From Cellvibrionaceae bacterium (GTDB taxonomy: Bacteria > Pseudomonadota > Gammaproteobacteria > Pseudomonadales > JAILXX01): a DNA stretch of 64,000 nucleotides. The DNA lies in assembly GCA_045430295.1 (NCBI GenBank), contig JAILXX010000006.1:1-64000 (forward strand), in the 5' to 3' direction. Shown piece after piece: positions 19,755 through 31,142 of the stretch. The position numbers and the translations under genes are program-made. The notes beneath the pieces were generated by a model. That model was not told where the DNA came from and ran no database searches. It saw nothing but the letters and a program-made list of their open reading frames with translations. Numbering within the stretch: position 1 is the stretch's first letter; the number at the start of each line of letters is the position of its first letter.

Positions 19755-19813
19755 ACTATAGTTAATCACATGTAATGATGTCAATAAATTACATGTAATG
19801 ATTTTACATGTAA
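19755..19813 (-). promoter_or_regulatory. Candidate sigma70 promoter (TTGACA-N18-TATAGT on the minus strand) with three copies of the 10-bp palindrome TTACATGTAA
   Basis: -10 rc at 19755-19760 and -35 rc at 19779-19784. Palindromes at 19789-19798 and 19804-19813 (perfect) and 19766-19775 (TCACATGTAA, inside the spacer). If correct, the mRNA would have a very short leader or none. Confidence 0.35.
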
Positions 19814-20089
19814 CTACCCTTGCTTATTCTCTTCAGCATTTGTGCAGCTATATAAATGAACAAATCAGGGACTGTTTACTCAAGAAAAACCAGGTGTGAG
19901 AAGGTATAACTAGTGAAAATAAAGACAATCCATCACTCCTTGATATTTATTATTGTTATAGATGACCACCTGAAATCGCTACAGGCGGTCTATATTACTC
20001 TCTATTTAACTCTTTATGCCAGATGCTTAAATCAAAACCAGTAGCCTATTTCAGCATTAAGAGCACTGCATAATGTAAGTACTTACTAC

Positions 20090-21046
20090 TCAATAGCGAT
20101 CCTGTAAGTGTACCAACATTAAAGCTGAGACGTCATCGGCTGCTGTCTCGGTTACCCAGTGACTAACCCCCTCTAAAATTTCAAAATGGTATTCGGCAAC
20201 AACATAACCCTCTGAACGCTCCATTGAAGAAATACTCACGTAGCTATCGGCGTCACCCCAGATTTGTAAGGTAGGCACTGTGATCGCGCTGGCACCATAG
20301 GTCAGAATCCAGGTCCAATCTCTAGTGCGATAATAGTTAAGGATGGCATCAACGGTTTCTACATCACCCAGTTTTTCAACATACAAATCAATGGAATCTT
20401 GCGGGGTGTCCTCATAAATCCAGCGCATGTATTCATGATCATTCGCCACAAAGGTTTCTTCAAAACCTTCAGAGGTAAAATCTGCCACATAACCCTCACG
20501 CTCAATTTCGACCACATCATTATTAGCAAAGAAGTTATCGATAATAGCTTGCGGATGAGGAACAGACATGGCGGTTAGAGTGATCACCCTATCCGGATAC
20601 ATAGCCGCAAGAATCCAGGCAGTCAACGCACCGGAATCATGGCCTGCTAAGTGGAACCGATAAATGCCCAAAGTGTTAGCCATATCGATAACATCTTGAG
20701 TCCGTAAACTCGGATGATAGGCTTCCGGATTAGAGGGGCGCATCTCGGGTGCAAAACCCCGCTGATTAGGCGCAATCACATAGTAGCCTTCTGCGGCCAA
20801 AGTTTTGATAATGTCGGTATATTGATCGGCTGTGGTAGGAAAGCCATGGAGCAGAATAACTGGAGTGCCATCCGTTGGGCCGGCCGTTAACCCATCGAAG
20901 ACGCCTTCGCTGGTAGTAATATCAATACTTTTTATATTTGTATCAAAAGCTGATGGTGAGACTGAAGGAGTAGCCTCACCACTATTATTGCCACCGCAAG
21001 ATATCAGGCACAGGCAGAAAAGAGGGAGTAAGAAACGTTTCATCAC
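20090..21046 (-). CDS. Alpha/beta-hydrolase lipoprotein of the epoxide-hydrolase/haloalkane-dehalogenase type (Asp nucleophile)
   Basis: Lipobox LISC|G; HGFPT (HGxP oxyanion motif); GHDSG (Sm-x-Nu(D)-x-Sm). Confidence 0.65.
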   Translation of the reverse strand: MMKRFLLPLFCLCLISCGGNNSGEATPSVSPSAFDTNIKSIDITTSEGVFDGLTAGPTDGTPVILLHGFPTTADQYTDIIKTLAAEGYYVIAPNQRGFAPEMRPSNPEAYHPSLRTQDVIDMANTLGIYRFHLAGHDSGALTAWILAAMYPDRVITLTAMSVPHPQAIIDNFFANNDVVEIEREGYVADFTSEGFEETFVANDHEYMRWIYEDTPQDSIDLYVEKLGDVETVDAILNYYRTRDWTWILTYGASAITVPTLQIWGDADSYVSISSMERSEGYVVAEYHFEILEGVSHWVTETAADDVSALMLVHLQDRY

Positions 21047-21107
21047 AGGGTCCTTTTTATTGAGGTGTCCCTATGTAGATGCTTCTTACTTAACCCTCCT
21101 CCAAAAA

Positions 21108-23525
<2,418 letters not shown>

Positions 23526-23701
23526 CTAACCCCGTCAATTGCAGGCGGCACAAGGGTTTGCGCCATACCTTTTCTTATCTGTACTGTTATTAATCCTAAA
23601 GGCTACTGAAACTTTTCCCTCAACCCTTAGGATTACTAACAATCTTTCTCTTTATCCTGACCTTCAACGGCCTTTCACACTGAGTCTCAACCTTAGCCGC
23701 T

Positions 23702-24823
23702 CTATTCAGTGCGGTGAAACACTTCACTAACCGCTCCATGTTCCACGTGAAACACCTTGCACTCTCCTTCTGGCCAATGATCTTCCAAGCTATCCCGTGC
23801 AACGCCAGTTACAAATAACTGCACCCCACTGTGATAGAGAAGATCAGCTACCTTCTGCCTATGATCTCCATCTAGCTCTGATGGTAGATCATCGATCAAA
23901 ACCAAAGGCTTACGCTCAGCTAAAGCAGACACCGTCTCAATCTGGGCAAGCTTCAGAGCAAACACCAACATCTTGGTTTGCCCTCGAGACAAAATTTCCT
24001 GTACTGCCCGCCCCTCTAGCTTTAACCGTAAGTCTGCGCGGTGTGGGCCTTTACGGGTATAACCTATCTCTTGGTCTTTATACTGATCTTCTTTAAGTAC
24101 TTCAGCAAAGGGCTGATCTTTAGCCCAACCCTTAAAGTAACCCAATTCCACAGACCCAAAATCAATCAGCTGTTCACAAACTTTATCGAAATGCGGCCGG
24201 AAAGCTGCCAGGTATTCCTGTCGGACCTGATCTATCTGTTCAGCCAGTGTAACCAGTTCTGTATCCCAAACTTCCAGCTGAGACACTGCGGACAAGCCCC
24301 CCATTTTACCACGCTTAAGCACGGTATTGCGCTGTTTCAGGCATCTTTGATACCGAATCCACAGGCTGTGGAACTCATGTTTCACGTGAAACACACCCCA
24401 ATCCATGAAACTTCGACGTAGCTTTGGTGAGCCTTCTAGCAACTGAAAGCTATGGGGTTCCAGCAGCTGTAAAGGAATATAGCGAGCAAGCTCCCCTACG
24501 GTAGCGAGGTTTTCTCCCCCTGCCTTCGCGGTAACTTCACCTAATTTCGTACGCTGTACACCGATTCGTATTGGAGAACTATTAGATGACGCAAAGCCAG
24601 AGAAAACACCCGAAACTACAGCATCGGATAATTCATAATTGATGACTTTTTGAAAGCTGGTGGTACGGAAGGATCGCCCCAAAGAAAGGGTATGAATGGC
24701 CTCTAAGACTGACGTTTTCCCTGCCCCGTTTTCCCCATAAAACAAATTAGTACGCAAAGCAGGAGTTAGCTTGGAAGGGCCAAGATTTCGAAAGCCAGAG
24801 AATGAAAGTTCGTGCAGAGGCAT
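23702..24823 (-). CDS. recF: DNA replication and repair protein RecF
   Basis: Walker A GENGAGKTS, with the SMC-like signature and Walker B LIDDLPSELD. Confidence 0.93.
   Translation of the reverse strand: MPLHELSFSGFRNLGPSKLTPALRTNLFYGENGAGKTSVLEAIHTLSLGRSFRTTSFQKVINYELSDAVVSGVFSGFASSNSSPIRIGVQRTKLGEVTAKAGGENLATVGELARYIPLQLLEPHSFQLLEGSPKLRRSFMDWGVFHVKHEFHSLWIRYQRCLKQRNTVLKRGKMGGLSAVSQLEVWDTELVTLAEQIDQVRQEYLAAFRPHFDKVCEQLIDFGSVELGYFKGWAKDQPFAEVLKEDQYKDQEIGYTRKGPHRADLRLKLEGRAVQEILSRGQTKMLVFALKLAQIETVSALAERKPLVLIDDLPSELDGDHRQKVADLLYHSGVQLFVTGVARDSLEDHWPEGECKVFHVEHGAVSEVFHRTE
23738..23753. promoter_or_regulatory. parS-like centromere site (TGTTCCACGTGAAACA), one mismatch
   Basis: 15/16 match to the consensus TGTTTCACGTGAAACA. 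Lies in the 3' end of recF. Confidence 0.55.
24378..24393. promoter_or_regulatory. Perfect parS site TGTTTCACGTGAAACA inside recF
   Basis: Exact 16-bp palindromic ParB-binding consensus. Confidence 0.7.
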
Positions 24824-24883
24824 TCAGTGTGTATTTTGAATTAAGGGGTTAAAAGCAGAAGGATAGAAAATCATCAGTAGAAA

Positions 24884-24908
24884 TAAAAAAGGGCAGATCA
24901 AATCTGCC
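24884..24908 (-). terminator. Hairpin plus U-tract between dnaN and recF (minus strand)
   Basis: GGGCAGAT-caa-ATCTGCCC, followed on the minus strand by UUUUUUAUUUCU. Confidence 0.5.
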
Positions 24909-24928
24909 CCCTTCACAATGCGCTGCTA

Positions 24929-26032
24929 TTAAAGCCTCATAGGCATAACAACATACACCGCATCTGAACCTTCCGGCTCTTCAATCAAGGCAGAACTATT
25001 GGAGTCTGCCAAGGTAATCTTCACCGTCTCGGATTCCAACACATTCAGTACATCCAACAGGTAACTAACGTTAAAACCAATTTCCAACTCTGAGCCGCCG
25101 TAATCTACGGTCACTTCTTCTACCGCTTCTTCTTGCTCAGGGTTATTGGCTTGAATGGTTAGGGTCCCCGCCGATAAACCGAAACGTACACCACGGTATT
25201 TTTCATTAGAGAGAATCGCAGTACGGTTAAAGGCAGACTTCAATTCTGCACGGTTACCGAATACCAACTTGTCACCACCGCGAGGTAATACACGCTCATA
25301 ATCAGGGAACTTACCATCCACCAACTTACTGGTGAAAGTGAAGTCACCGCTGGTAATACGCAGGTGGTTACTGCCCACTGAAATTTGAATATCTTCTACG
25401 ATGTCATTCACTAAGCGAGACAATTCAACAACACCTTTGCGAGGTAAAATTGCCTGCATAGACGCATCAGTTTCAATAGCTTGTTCACGAGTACACAGTG
25501 CAAGACGATGACCGTCTGTTGCCACTAAGCGTAAACTTTCTGGATTAATTTCCCACAGCATACCGTTAAGGTAATAGCGCACATCTTGCTGAGCCATAGC
25601 AAAAGCCGTGCAATGAATCAGGTGATGTAGATCTTTACCCGGTAGCGCGAATTTTAATGCGGTTGTAGATTCTTCTACGGATGGAAACTCATTGGCTGGC
25701 AGGGTTGAAAGGGTAAAGCGAGAACGCCCACTTTTAACGATAACCCGTTGATTTTCTTCAATAATTTCAATATTAGCTTCATCCGGCAAGCTGCGAACAA
25801 TGTCGAAAAGCTTACGAGCAGGTACAGTGATTTCACCATCTTCTGCCCCGGGCTGCGCCGTGGTACGCGCCGTAATTTCCACTTCCAAGTCAGTACCTGT
25901 CAGCGACAAGTTACCGTCTTGCAAAACCATTAACACATTAGCCAGAACTGGAAGTGTTTGGCGGCGCTCAACAACACCAGCCACCATCTGCAAAGGTTTT
26001 AAAAGATCTTCACGCTGCAGGGCAAATTTCAT
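24929..26032 (-). CDS. dnaN: DNA polymerase III beta sliding clamp
   Basis: 367 aa. MKFALQREDLLKPLQMVAGVVERRQTLPVL. Confidence 0.95.
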   Translation of the reverse strand: MKFALQREDLLKPLQMVAGVVERRQTLPVLANVLMVLQDGNLSLTGTDLEVEITARTTAQPGAEDGEITVPARKLFDIVRSLPDEANIEIIEENQRVIVKSGRSRFTLSTLPANEFPSVEESTTALKFALPGKDLHHLIHCTAFAMAQQDVRYYLNGMLWEINPESLRLVATDGHRLALCTREQAIETDASMQAILPRKGVVELSRLVNDIVEDIQISVGSNHLRITSGDFTFTSKLVDGKFPDYERVLPRGGDKLVFGNRAELKSAFNRTAILSNEKYRGVRFGLSAGTLTIQANNPEQEEAVEEVTVDYGGSELEIGFNVSYLLDVLNVLESETVKITLADSNSSALIEEPEGSDAVYVVMPMRL

Positions 26033-26194
26033 GATTGCTTCTCTAATTGATACTTTGAGTTATCGACTTAACTGCCGGTTGTAATTACCGGGTTTAACTA
26101 CCGAATTGAATGAAATTATTATTCTCGTATTTCGAAAAAATTAGCCATCAATTTGGGCTAAAAAAGTGCTCCGAAAAAGACGATTTATTATGTC

Positions 26195-27778
26195 TTAGGT
26201 TGTGAGCAAACGTAAGAGGTTTTTCACATCTTCTGCAATATCAGCACTGGTATCACGCAATTCTTTAATCTTACGACAAGCGTGCAAAACTGTGGTGTGA
26301 TCCCGTCCACCAAATGCATCACCAATTTCCGGCAAGCTGTGATTTGTGAGTTCTTTCGCAAGAAACATGGCCACTTGCCTGGGGCGTGCAACGGAACGGC
26401 TACGACGTTTGGAATGAATATCGCTCACCTTAATTTTGTAGTATTCAGCAACAACTTTTTGAATATTGTCGATACTCACTTGTTTATCTTGAAGTGCTAA
26501 TAAATCTTTTAGCGCATCGCGAATTAATTCGATATCAATACGACGCCCCAAGAAACGAGCATGAGCCACCACTCGTTTTAAAGCACCTTCTAACTCACGT
26601 ACATTAGAACGAATACGCTGAGCGATAAAAAATGCCGATTGATCATCCAGCTCCACCCAATCCAATGCTGCTTTCTTTTTCAAAATAGCAACACGGGTTT
26701 CCAGCTCAGGGGGTTCGACCGCAACAGGTAAACCCCAGCCGAAACGAGACTTTAACCGCTCTTCCATACCATCAATTTCTTTGGGATAGCGATCACTGGT
26801 AAGAATCATCTGCTTGCCACCTTCTAATAAAGAATTGAAGGTATGGAAAAATTCTTCTTGTGAGCGTTCTTTATTGGCAAAGAATTGAATGTCATCAATG
26901 AGTAATGCATCCACTGAACGGTAAAAACGTTTGAAATCGTTAATGGCATTCAACTGTAACGCTTTAACCATATCTGCCACAAAACGCTCAGAGTGCAGGT
27001 AAACAATTTTAGCCTCTGGGTTTTTCTCCAATAAGGCATTACCCACTGCATGCATCAAATGAGTTTTACCTAGACCAACACCACCGTAAATAAAGAGCGG
27101 GTTGTAAGCACCGCCGGGGTTATCCGCTACCTGGTTAGCTGCCGCTAAAGCCAGCTGGTTAGATTTACCCTGAACAAAGGTTTCAAAGGTAAAGTTACTG
27201 TTCAAAGAACTTTGATGCTTGAGGCCCCCTTCTACCTGAATCGTTTCAGTGCCCGGTGCCGATAACTCCGAAAGCGTCGTTGAGGTTTGTGCCAATCCAC
27301 CGCCATTTCTTACATCTGAGACAGGCTGCCCTTGTACTATAGGGTTAGGAGAATGAGAAGAAGGCTCAACTTGTGGCGAAAAAGCAGAAATTGGTGGCAA
27401 ATTTCTTCTATTATCGCCAACGGATACAGAATAGAGGTTTTCAGAAGCTTCACTAGGCGGAGAAACATTAGCAACCGTAGATACAGGCGCTGAGCTCACA
27501 CCTTGAGATACCGCCTTGGCGCCTGGATTAGAAACTTGTAGCTCCACATTATCAATGGTGCCACCGGCATATTCACGAACCAGCTCAATAATGCGATTTA
27601 AAAACTTCGACGATACCCAATCACGAACGAAGCGATTCGGTGCCGATAACGTAAGGCACTGATTGGATTCAGTAAAGTCTTCCACCTTCAAGGGGCGAAT
27701 CCAAGTATTGAATTGCTGCTGAGATAGCTCGTGCTGTAAAGAACTCACGCACTTATCCCAAACCATTTGCGCTGGCAA
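26195..27778 (-). CDS. dnaA: Chromosomal replication initiator DnaA
   Basis: AAA+ core ([15 protein letters not shown]) and a C-terminal DnaA-box binding domain. The true start may be the internal Met at 27766 (MVWDK...). Confidence 0.95.
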   Translation of the reverse strand: MPAQMVWDKCVSSLQHELSQQQFNTWIRPLKVEDFTESNQCLTLSAPNRFVRDWVSSKFLNRIIELVREYAGGTIDNVELQVSNPGAKAVSQGVSSAPVSTVANVSPPSEASENLYSVSVGDNRRNLPPISAFSPQVEPSSHSPNPIVQGQPVSDVRNGGGLAQTSTTLSELSAPGTETIQVEGGLKHQSSLNSNFTFETFVQGKSNQLALAAANQVADNPGGAYNPLFIYGGVGLGKTHLMHAVGNALLEKNPEAKIVYLHSERFVADMVKALQLNAINDFKRFYRSVDALLIDDIQFFANKERSQEEFFHTFNSLLEGGKQMILTSDRYPKEIDGMEERLKSRFGWGLPVAVEPPELETRVAILKKKAALDWVELDDQSAFFIAQRIRSNVRELEGALKRVVAHARFLGRRIDIELIRDALKDLLALQDKQVSIDNIQKVVAEYYKIKVSDIHSKRRSRSVARPRQVAMFLAKELTNHSLPEIGDAFGGRDHTTVLHACRKIKELRDTSADIAEDVKNLLRLLTT

Positions 27779-28233
27779 CGATCGATCCCCCGAAGAAGCG
27801 AATAAAGACTAAAAGAAGATGTATTTGAAGAGGGCTAAGTTTACGCCTTTAAATTCTAGTTATCCACATTGGCCGTGGCAGATTTGTTGAAAAAAATGTA
27901 AATTTTTTTATTGTGAATCAATAGGTTAGATGCTAGAGAATTAGTCACATATACACAGAAATCAAACTTTGAGAGATTAATTATTAGTCAATAGTTGTGG
28001 ATATCCTGTTAATACCCAGTGTCTAAACCGTGATTTTCGGCAAACTCCCAACTATTGAGTCATTCCCTAAAACCACTGTCATCAAGCTGCAAAAATTAAC
28101 CTACAAATTCCATTGATTTTACGGCCCAAAGCCTCTAGAATTCGCGACCCTTATATGGCGTTACTCATTTTAACCGTCATAGTTTAAGTTTTTAGTTAGT
28201 GTTTACCGTTTAACCGATGGCAGGGTCAGAACC
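27779..28233. other. Candidate oriC (dnaA-rpmH divergent intergenic region, Pseudomonas-type)
   Basis: DnaA box TTATCCACA at 27860-27868; ATATCCACA (rc) at 27996-28004; AT-rich tract 27885-27925 (possible DUE). Confidence 0.55.
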
Positions 28234-28368
28234 ATGAAACGCACTTTTCAACCAAGTAACCTGAAGCGTAAGCGCACTCACGGCTTCCGTGCTCGTATGG
28301 CCACCAAGAATGGCCGTAAGATCCTGGCTCGCCGTCGTGCAAAAGGCCGTAAGGAATTGTGCGCATAA
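28234..28368 (+). CDS. rpmH: 50S ribosomal protein L34
   Basis: [44 protein letters not shown], 44 aa. Below the ORF-track cutoff; translated manually. Confidence 0.92.
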   Translation: MKRTFQPSNLKRKRTHGFRARMATKNGRKILARRRAKGRKELCA

Positions 28369-28396
28369 TTAAGCTTTTCGCTTAATATGCTCAAAA

Positions 28397-28431
28397 AGCC
28401 GCAGCTGATCATACTCACTGCGGCTTTTTTG
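28397..28431 (+). terminator. Rho-independent terminator after rpmH
   Basis: AGCCGCAG...CTGCGGCT stem followed by TTTTTT. Confidence 0.55.
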
Positions 28432-28503
28432 TATCTGGCCTGTATCTGATAACTCTAGATTTAAGTCTTCCTTCATTTATATAGCTATTCACTTAGCAAG
28501 AGA

Positions 28504-28959
28504 ATGCACCTCCCCGTGAGCGACCTCTCCTTTGGTAAACAACTTCGATTATTGAATGCCGCTGATTTTAAAGCCGTATTCGATGATGCCCCCTGGCGAT
28601 CGGCACTCCCCCAGTTGTTGGTGTTATCCCGCCCCAACCCGTTGGAGCAACCTCGCTTAGGGCTGATTATTGCCAAAAAACACGTCAAACTGGCCACAGA
28701 CCGCAATCGATTGAAACGCTTGATTCGAGAGTCTTTCCGCCTCAATCAACACACCCTGCCAAAAGCGGACATCATTGTGTTAGCCCGTCCAGGGCTTGGA
28801 TCGCTGGAAAACCCGCAAGTAAGCGGACTATTGGAAAAAAGTTGGAAAAGGCTCAACAAGGTTTCAGACCCTAATTTCAAACCTAGCCCTCGGAAAAAGC
28901 ACCGTGGCAAAGATAAGAACAAGGGTAAAGCAGCGAAGCAGCCTGGTGGCCAATCGTGA
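28504..28959 (+). CDS. rnpA: RNase P protein component, with an unusual about 30-aa Lys-rich C-terminal extension
   Basis: RnpA core ([15 protein letters not shown]...[13 protein letters not shown]). An alternative GTG start lies at 28519. The tail is [21 protein letters not shown]. Confidence 0.85.
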   Translation: MHLPVSDLSFGKQLRLLNAADFKAVFDDAPWRSALPQLLVLSRPNPLEQPRLGLIIAKKHVKLATDRNRLKRLIRESFRLNQHTLPKADIIVLARPGLGSLENPQVSGLLEKSWKRLNKVSDPNFKPSPRKKHRGKDKNKGKAAKQPGGQS

Positions 28960-28976
28960 ATATACTTTGTCGCTTA

Positions 28977-29288
28977 ATGAAGAAAATCGTCCTTGTGATA
29001 CTCCGCGGCTATCAACTACTGATTAGCCCGTTTCTTGGCAACAACTGCCGTTTTTACCCCAGTTGCTCAGAATATTCTATGGAAGCAATCGATAAGCATG
29101 GATTAATAAAAGGAAGCTATTTAACGGTTCGACGACTCCTGAAATGCCACCCTTGGCACTCAGGGGGTTGTGATCCTGTTCCTCCTCACAATACAGATAC
29201 AAAGGCTAAGACTGAAATAGACTCGCCGATTTACGGCTATGGAGAAAAACCCCAAGAAAATTCACTGAAAGGGCAGAAAAACCACTGA
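28977..29288 (+). CDS. yidD: Membrane protein insertion efficiency factor YidD, with an extended C-terminal tail
   Basis: [38 protein letters not shown] is the YidD signature. The upstream GTG at 28956 overlaps the rnpA stop. Confidence 0.8.
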   Translation: MKKIVLVILRGYQLLISPFLGNNCRFYPSCSEYSMEAIDKHGLIKGSYLTVRRLLKCHPWHSGGCDPVPPHNTDTKAKTEIDSPIYGYGEKPQENSLKGQKNH

Positions 29289-29364
29289 ACTCTCAGTAAA
29301 ATGGCCCCCTTTCGCGCACTAACCCATCAATAGCTCCATTAACTCTAAAAAGACGACATCTCTT

Positions 29365-31074
29365 ATGGATTGGCAACGTACTTTACTCGGCGGTGGTATT
29401 CTCGTGATACTGCTTCTTTTATTAGGAGAGTGGAACACTTTCCAAGCTGAACGCCAGGCAGATAAACCTGCTCTCAGTGCCAGTGCTCCTACCCTACCCG
29501 GTGCACTTTCAACAACGCCAGCAACAATAACTGCTGAAACCAACAGTGATATTCCACAAGTTGAAACCGAAGAAGTGGAAATTCCAGAGCCTGTGGTGAT
29601 TAATCGCCAACTAGTGACTGTAAGCACCAATACACTGGAAGTTACCATCGATACCTTGGGTGGCGATATCGTTCGCGTTGCACTGCCACAACACAATGCG
29701 AAGTTAATGGATAAAGGAGAGAAGGGAGAGTCATTCGTCTTATTAAATCGTGTTGAAGATGCGGTAACCGGCGAGCAATTTACCTACGTGGCCCAAAGCG
29801 GAATTATCGGTAAAAACGCAACAGATAAAGCCAATGGTGAACGACCAACCTTTAGTGTTGAGCAAAGCCATTTCGACATGACAGATAACCAGGATACCTT
29901 GGAAGTAAAACTGTCTCTGATTGAAGGCAGCACAACCATAGTAAAAACTTTCAGCTTTACACGCGACAGCTATTTGATCGATGTAAATTACATCGTCAAT
30001 AACAACGGCAATGAAACTTGGAAAGGTAACTTCTACGGTCAAATTAAACGAGACAGTAGCCTGGTACCTATCGAAGGTGGTGCTATGGGTATGGCACCGT
30101 TTTTGGGTGCTGCGTTAACCACATCAGAGGAGCGCTATAAAAAAACAGATTTCGCTGATCTTGCAGAAGACGGCCCTATTAAAGAAAAAGTACAGGGCGG
30201 TTGGTTAGCCTTAGTTCAACACTACTTTATCAGTGCCTGGGTGCCCAATGCAGACCAAACCCATAACTACACCATTAAGAGTCGCAGTAACAGCGAAGGT
30301 TACACCATTAACCTGCTTACCTTTACCAGCCCTGCAGTGACCATTGAGCCCAGTGCTCAAGGCCGTTTAAGTGCACGTTTTTATGTGGGGCCGAAAGATG
30401 TAAAAACCTTGGAAGATATTGCTGAGTACTTAGACCTCACTGTAGATTACGGTTGGTTATGGTGGGTAGCTAAACCCCTGTTTTTATTCCTCAGTTTTAT
30501 CCAAAACATGGTCTCTAACTGGGGTCTATCCATTATTTTGCTGACTGTATGTATTAAGCTAGTCTTCTTCCCGCTGTCTGCCGCCAGTTATAAATCCATG
30601 GCGAAAATGCGTAAGCTGCAACCAAAACTGATGTCGCTAAAAGATCAGTATGGTGACGACCGCCAGCGCATGTCTCAAGAGTTGATGAAGATGTATCAAA
30701 AAGAAAAGGTAAACCCCATGGGTGGTTGTTTACCAATCTTGGTACAGATGCCTGTGTTTATTGCCTTGTACTGGGTACTGATGGAAGCCGTTGAACTACG
30801 CCATACGCCTTTCTTATACTTAGCGGATTTGTCGGTAAAAGACCCTTACTTTATTTTGCCGATTATCATGGGTGCTACCATGATCTTCCAACAACGTTTG
30901 AACCCTGTTCCTCCTGATCCAACACAAGCCGCCATTATGAAGTGGATGCCTGTCGCCTTTACCTTTTTCTTCCTCTGGTTCCCATCAGGCTTGGTGGTTT
31001 ACTGGGTGGTGAATAACGTCCTCTCCATTGCGCAACAGTGGTACATTACGAAAAAAATTGAAGCGCAAGGTTGA
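29365..31074 (+). CDS. yidC: Membrane protein insertase YidC
   Basis: 569 aa: N-terminal TM, large periplasmic domain, and a conserved C-terminal 5-TM core. Confidence 0.95.
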   Translation: MDWQRTLLGGGILVILLLLLGEWNTFQAERQADKPALSASAPTLPGALSTTPATITAETNSDIPQVETEEVEIPEPVVINRQLVTVSTNTLEVTIDTLGGDIVRVALPQHNAKLMDKGEKGESFVLLNRVEDAVTGEQFTYVAQSGIIGKNATDKANGERPTFSVEQSHFDMTDNQDTLEVKLSLIEGSTTIVKTFSFTRDSYLIDVNYIVNNNGNETWKGNFYGQIKRDSSLVPIEGGAMGMAPFLGAALTTSEERYKKTDFADLAEDGPIKEKVQGGWLALVQHYFISAWVPNADQTHNYTIKSRSNSEGYTINLLTFTSPAVTIEPSAQGRLSARFYVGPKDVKTLEDIAEYLDLTVDYGWLWWVAKPLFLFLSFIQNMVSNWGLSIILLTVCIKLVFFPLSAASYKSMAKMRKLQPKLMSLKDQYGDDRQRMSQELMKMYQKEKVNPMGGCLPILVQMPVFIALYWVLMEAVELRHTPFLYLADLSVKDPYFILPIIMGATMIFQQRLNPVPPDPTQAAIMKWMPVAFTFFFLWFPSGLVVYWVVNNVLSIAQQWYITKKIEAQG

Positions 31075-31087
31075 TAAAAAAACAAAA

Positions 31088-31116
31088 GGGGAGCAAAAAT
31101 TTGCTCCCCTTTTTTA
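31088..31116 (+). terminator. Rho-independent terminator after yidC
   Basis: GGGGAGCAAA/TTTGCTCCCC stem followed by TTTTTTAT. Confidence 0.6.
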
Positions 31117-31142
31117 TATGCAAAATAATTTCTTAAATATTG

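Noticed and set aside
19785-20089. Sigma54 (-24/-12, TGGCAC-N5-TTGCW) promoter upstream of the PspA-containing operon, by analogy with E. coli pspA
   Set aside because: No convincing GG-N10-GC element was found on the operon strand, and no PspF-like activator gene is present. A sigma70-type promoter with palindromic operators fits better.
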